Shown in pieces: positions 63,033-64,000 of a DNA stretch of 64,000 nt. The position numbers and the translations under genes are program-made. This DNA comes from Euryarchaeota archaeon UBA487 (GTDB lineage Archaea > Thermoplasmatota > Poseidoniia > Poseidoniales > Thalassarchaeaceae), in the NCBI GenBank assembly GCA_002505695.1, contig DAVU01000009.1, positions 820-64,819 on the forward strand. The letters are read 5' to 3'. The notes below the pieces were generated by a model, which was not told the origin of the DNA, did not search any database, and saw nothing but the letters and a program-made list of their open reading frames with translations. Position 1 is the first letter of the stretch, and each line of letters begins with the position of its first letter.

Positions 63033-63524
63033 ATGCCAACGAGGGTTAGAATGACTACGAGCGCTGGAGACATCGATATTGCACTTTACACAGAAGATTG
63101 CCCTGAGACGACAGGGAACTTCCTCAGGTTGGTTGATGATGGATTTTACAACGGGCTGCACTTCCATCGGGTAATCAAGAGCTTCATGATTCAAGGCGGT
63201 TGTCCAAGATCAAGAGACCCTTTTGATGGGAGAGCGGGGACAGGTGGCCCGGGATGGAAGATTCCGTGCGAAAAATCAGCCTTGGAAAAGAAACATGACA
63301 GACCAGGGCTTTTCTCTATGGCGAACGCAGGGCCCAATACGGGAGGATCTCAATTCTTCCTAACGACGGTCCCAACGCCATGGTTAGACGGTAACCATGC
63401 AATTTTCGGGGAGGTTGTTTCAGGCATGGAGAACGTCTACAAAATTGAGAACTGCGAAACTAGACCCGGGGATCGACCTATCGACCCACAGAAGATAGTC
63501 AGTGTTAGTCGACTGGATGAATGA
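63033..63524 (+). CDS. cyclophilin-type peptidyl-prolyl cis-trans isomerase
   Basis: ORF 63021 (GTG) trimmed to ATG 63033. Motifs are FHRVIKSFMIQGG, SMANAGPNTGGSQFF and LDGNHAIFGEV. Confidence 0.9.
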   Translation: MPTRVRMTTSAGDIDIALYTEDCPETTGNFLRLVDDGFYNGLHFHRVIKSFMIQGGCPRSRDPFDGRAGTGGPGWKIPCEKSALEKKHDRPGLFSMANAGPNTGGSQFFLTTVPTPWLDGNHAIFGEVVSGMENVYKIENCETRPGDRPIDPQKIVSVSRLDE

Positions 63525-63545
63525 TATTCTCTCAGTGAGTTCTTT

Positions 63546-63575
63546 GACTATATTTATTAATAAATAATTAATCCA
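63546..63575 (+). promoter_or_regulatory. strong AT-rich TATA-like promoter
   Basis: CTATATTTATTAATAAATAATTAATCC places TATATTTATT about 24-33 nt upstream of the ATG at 63582. This is consistent with a leaderless or near-leaderless transcript. Confidence 0.45.
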
Positions 63576-63581
63576 AGATGC

Positions 63582-64000
63582 ATGGCCAAACACAGAGCGG
63601 GTGACCGTCGAATTATCAGTATCAGTATACCTGAAGACCTCGCAGTAAGACTTGACAAAAAAGTTGGAAGAGGGCGCTCAAATGGCAGATCAGCCACCAT
63701 AACCCGATTGATCGAGAGTGGTCTAAGTGGATCTATACCCAAGCCGGCCACTATTCCGGCGATACCCATCAAGAACCTAGATAATGACGGTTATCGTCAT
63801 GAAATTGATTCAATCGGCATAGTAGAAGTCCCAAAAAATGCATATTATGGTGCACAGACTGCCAGGTCCCTTGAAAATTTCAATATCGGAAAGGATACCA
63901 TGCCAAGAGCTATGATAAGGGCCTTTGGGATTCTAAAGAAGGCCACTGCTAAGGCAAATGTCGAATTAGGAAATCTCGAAGCAGACATCGGTTCATTGAT
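63582..64000 (+). CDS. fumC: ribbon-helix-helix domain fused to class II fumarate hydratase (5' partial, runs off window)
   Basis: This ORF is not in the track because it has no stop in the window. My translation is MAKHRAGDRRIISISIPEDLAVRLDKKVGRGRSNGRSATITRLIESGLSGSIPKPATIPAIPIKNLDNDGYRHEIDSIGIVEVPKNAYYGAQTARSLENFNIGKDTMPRAMIRAFGILKKATAKANVELGNLEADIGSL. From YRHEIDS onward it matches the FumC/AspA N-terminus (GAQTxRSLENF). The first ~50 aa show a CopG/NikR-like RHH pattern. Confidence 0.7.
   Translation, partial: MAKHRAGDRRIISISIPEDLAVRLDKKVGRGRSNGRSATITRLIESGLSGSIPKPATIPAIPIKNLDNDGYRHEIDSIGIVEVPKNAYYGAQTARSLENFNIGKDTMPRAMIRAFGILKKATAKANVELGNLEADIGSL

Noticed and set aside
63557-63772. 71-aa minus-strand ORF.
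   Set aside because: It is antisense to the RHH-fumarase ORF, which has strong motif support and an upstream TATA box.
1-64000. Search for CRISPR arrays, transposases or integrases, prophage genes, toxin-antitoxin pairs or canonical defence systems.
   Set aside because: I saw no regularly spaced direct repeats, no recombinase or transposase motifs, and no recognisable restriction, Cas, Abi or TA gene pairs. The only nuclease-like orphan is the CDIN1-like gene, and the only RHH is fused to fumC. This was a by-eye scan, so short or degenerate elements could be missed.

Overview
This is a gene-dense 64-kb chromosomal stretch from an archaeon, with about 60 protein-coding genes and one tRNA-Cys. 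I recognise no rRNA, CRISPR array, transposase, integrase or phage-like gene. Archaeal hallmark genes are DNA polymerase D large subunit, primase large subunit PriL, archaeal DnaG, the uS13-uS4-uS11-Rpo3 (RpoD) cluster, deoxyhypusine synthase, pantoate kinase plus phosphopantothenate synthetase (the archaeal CoA route), an MptE-like pterin pyrophosphokinase and an Lrp/AsnC regulator. Many bacterial-looking genes are interleaved: bacterial-type LeuRS, an ABC-F ATPase, a CspA-type cold-shock protein, RNase HI, MaeB malic enzyme, ATP-PEPCK, PurN, PabAB/PabC and a PHB-depolymerase-family esterase. This mosaic, together with a 2,793-aa surface protein, is reminiscent of planktonic marine euryarchaeota (Marine Group II/III-like), but that lineage call is low-confidence inference. 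Internal operon genes carry GGAGG/GGTGAT Shine-Dalgarno-like motifs. Some first genes have AT-rich TATA-like boxes about 25-30 nt upstream of the start codon, in leaderless style. I do not see a compact canonical defence or mobile island. The items I consider most unusual are: (1) an archaeal homologue of the human CDIN1/C15orf41 'TPD-motif' PD-(D/E)XK nuclease, in an operon-like array behind leuS; (2) a ribbon-helix-helix domain fused in frame to a class II fumarase at the window end; (3) a 1,208-aa protein that is almost entirely membrane (about 36 hydrophobic segments); (4) the giant propeller + FN3-like surface protein with an acidic cytoplasmic tail; (5) an ABC-F translation ATPase in an archaeal context; (6) an Rpo3/RpoD with an extra Cys4 insertion. 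All family assignments come from motif recognition by eye; no searches were run. The supplied ORF track uses GTG/TTG as well as ATG starts, so several starts were trimmed and remain uncertain.
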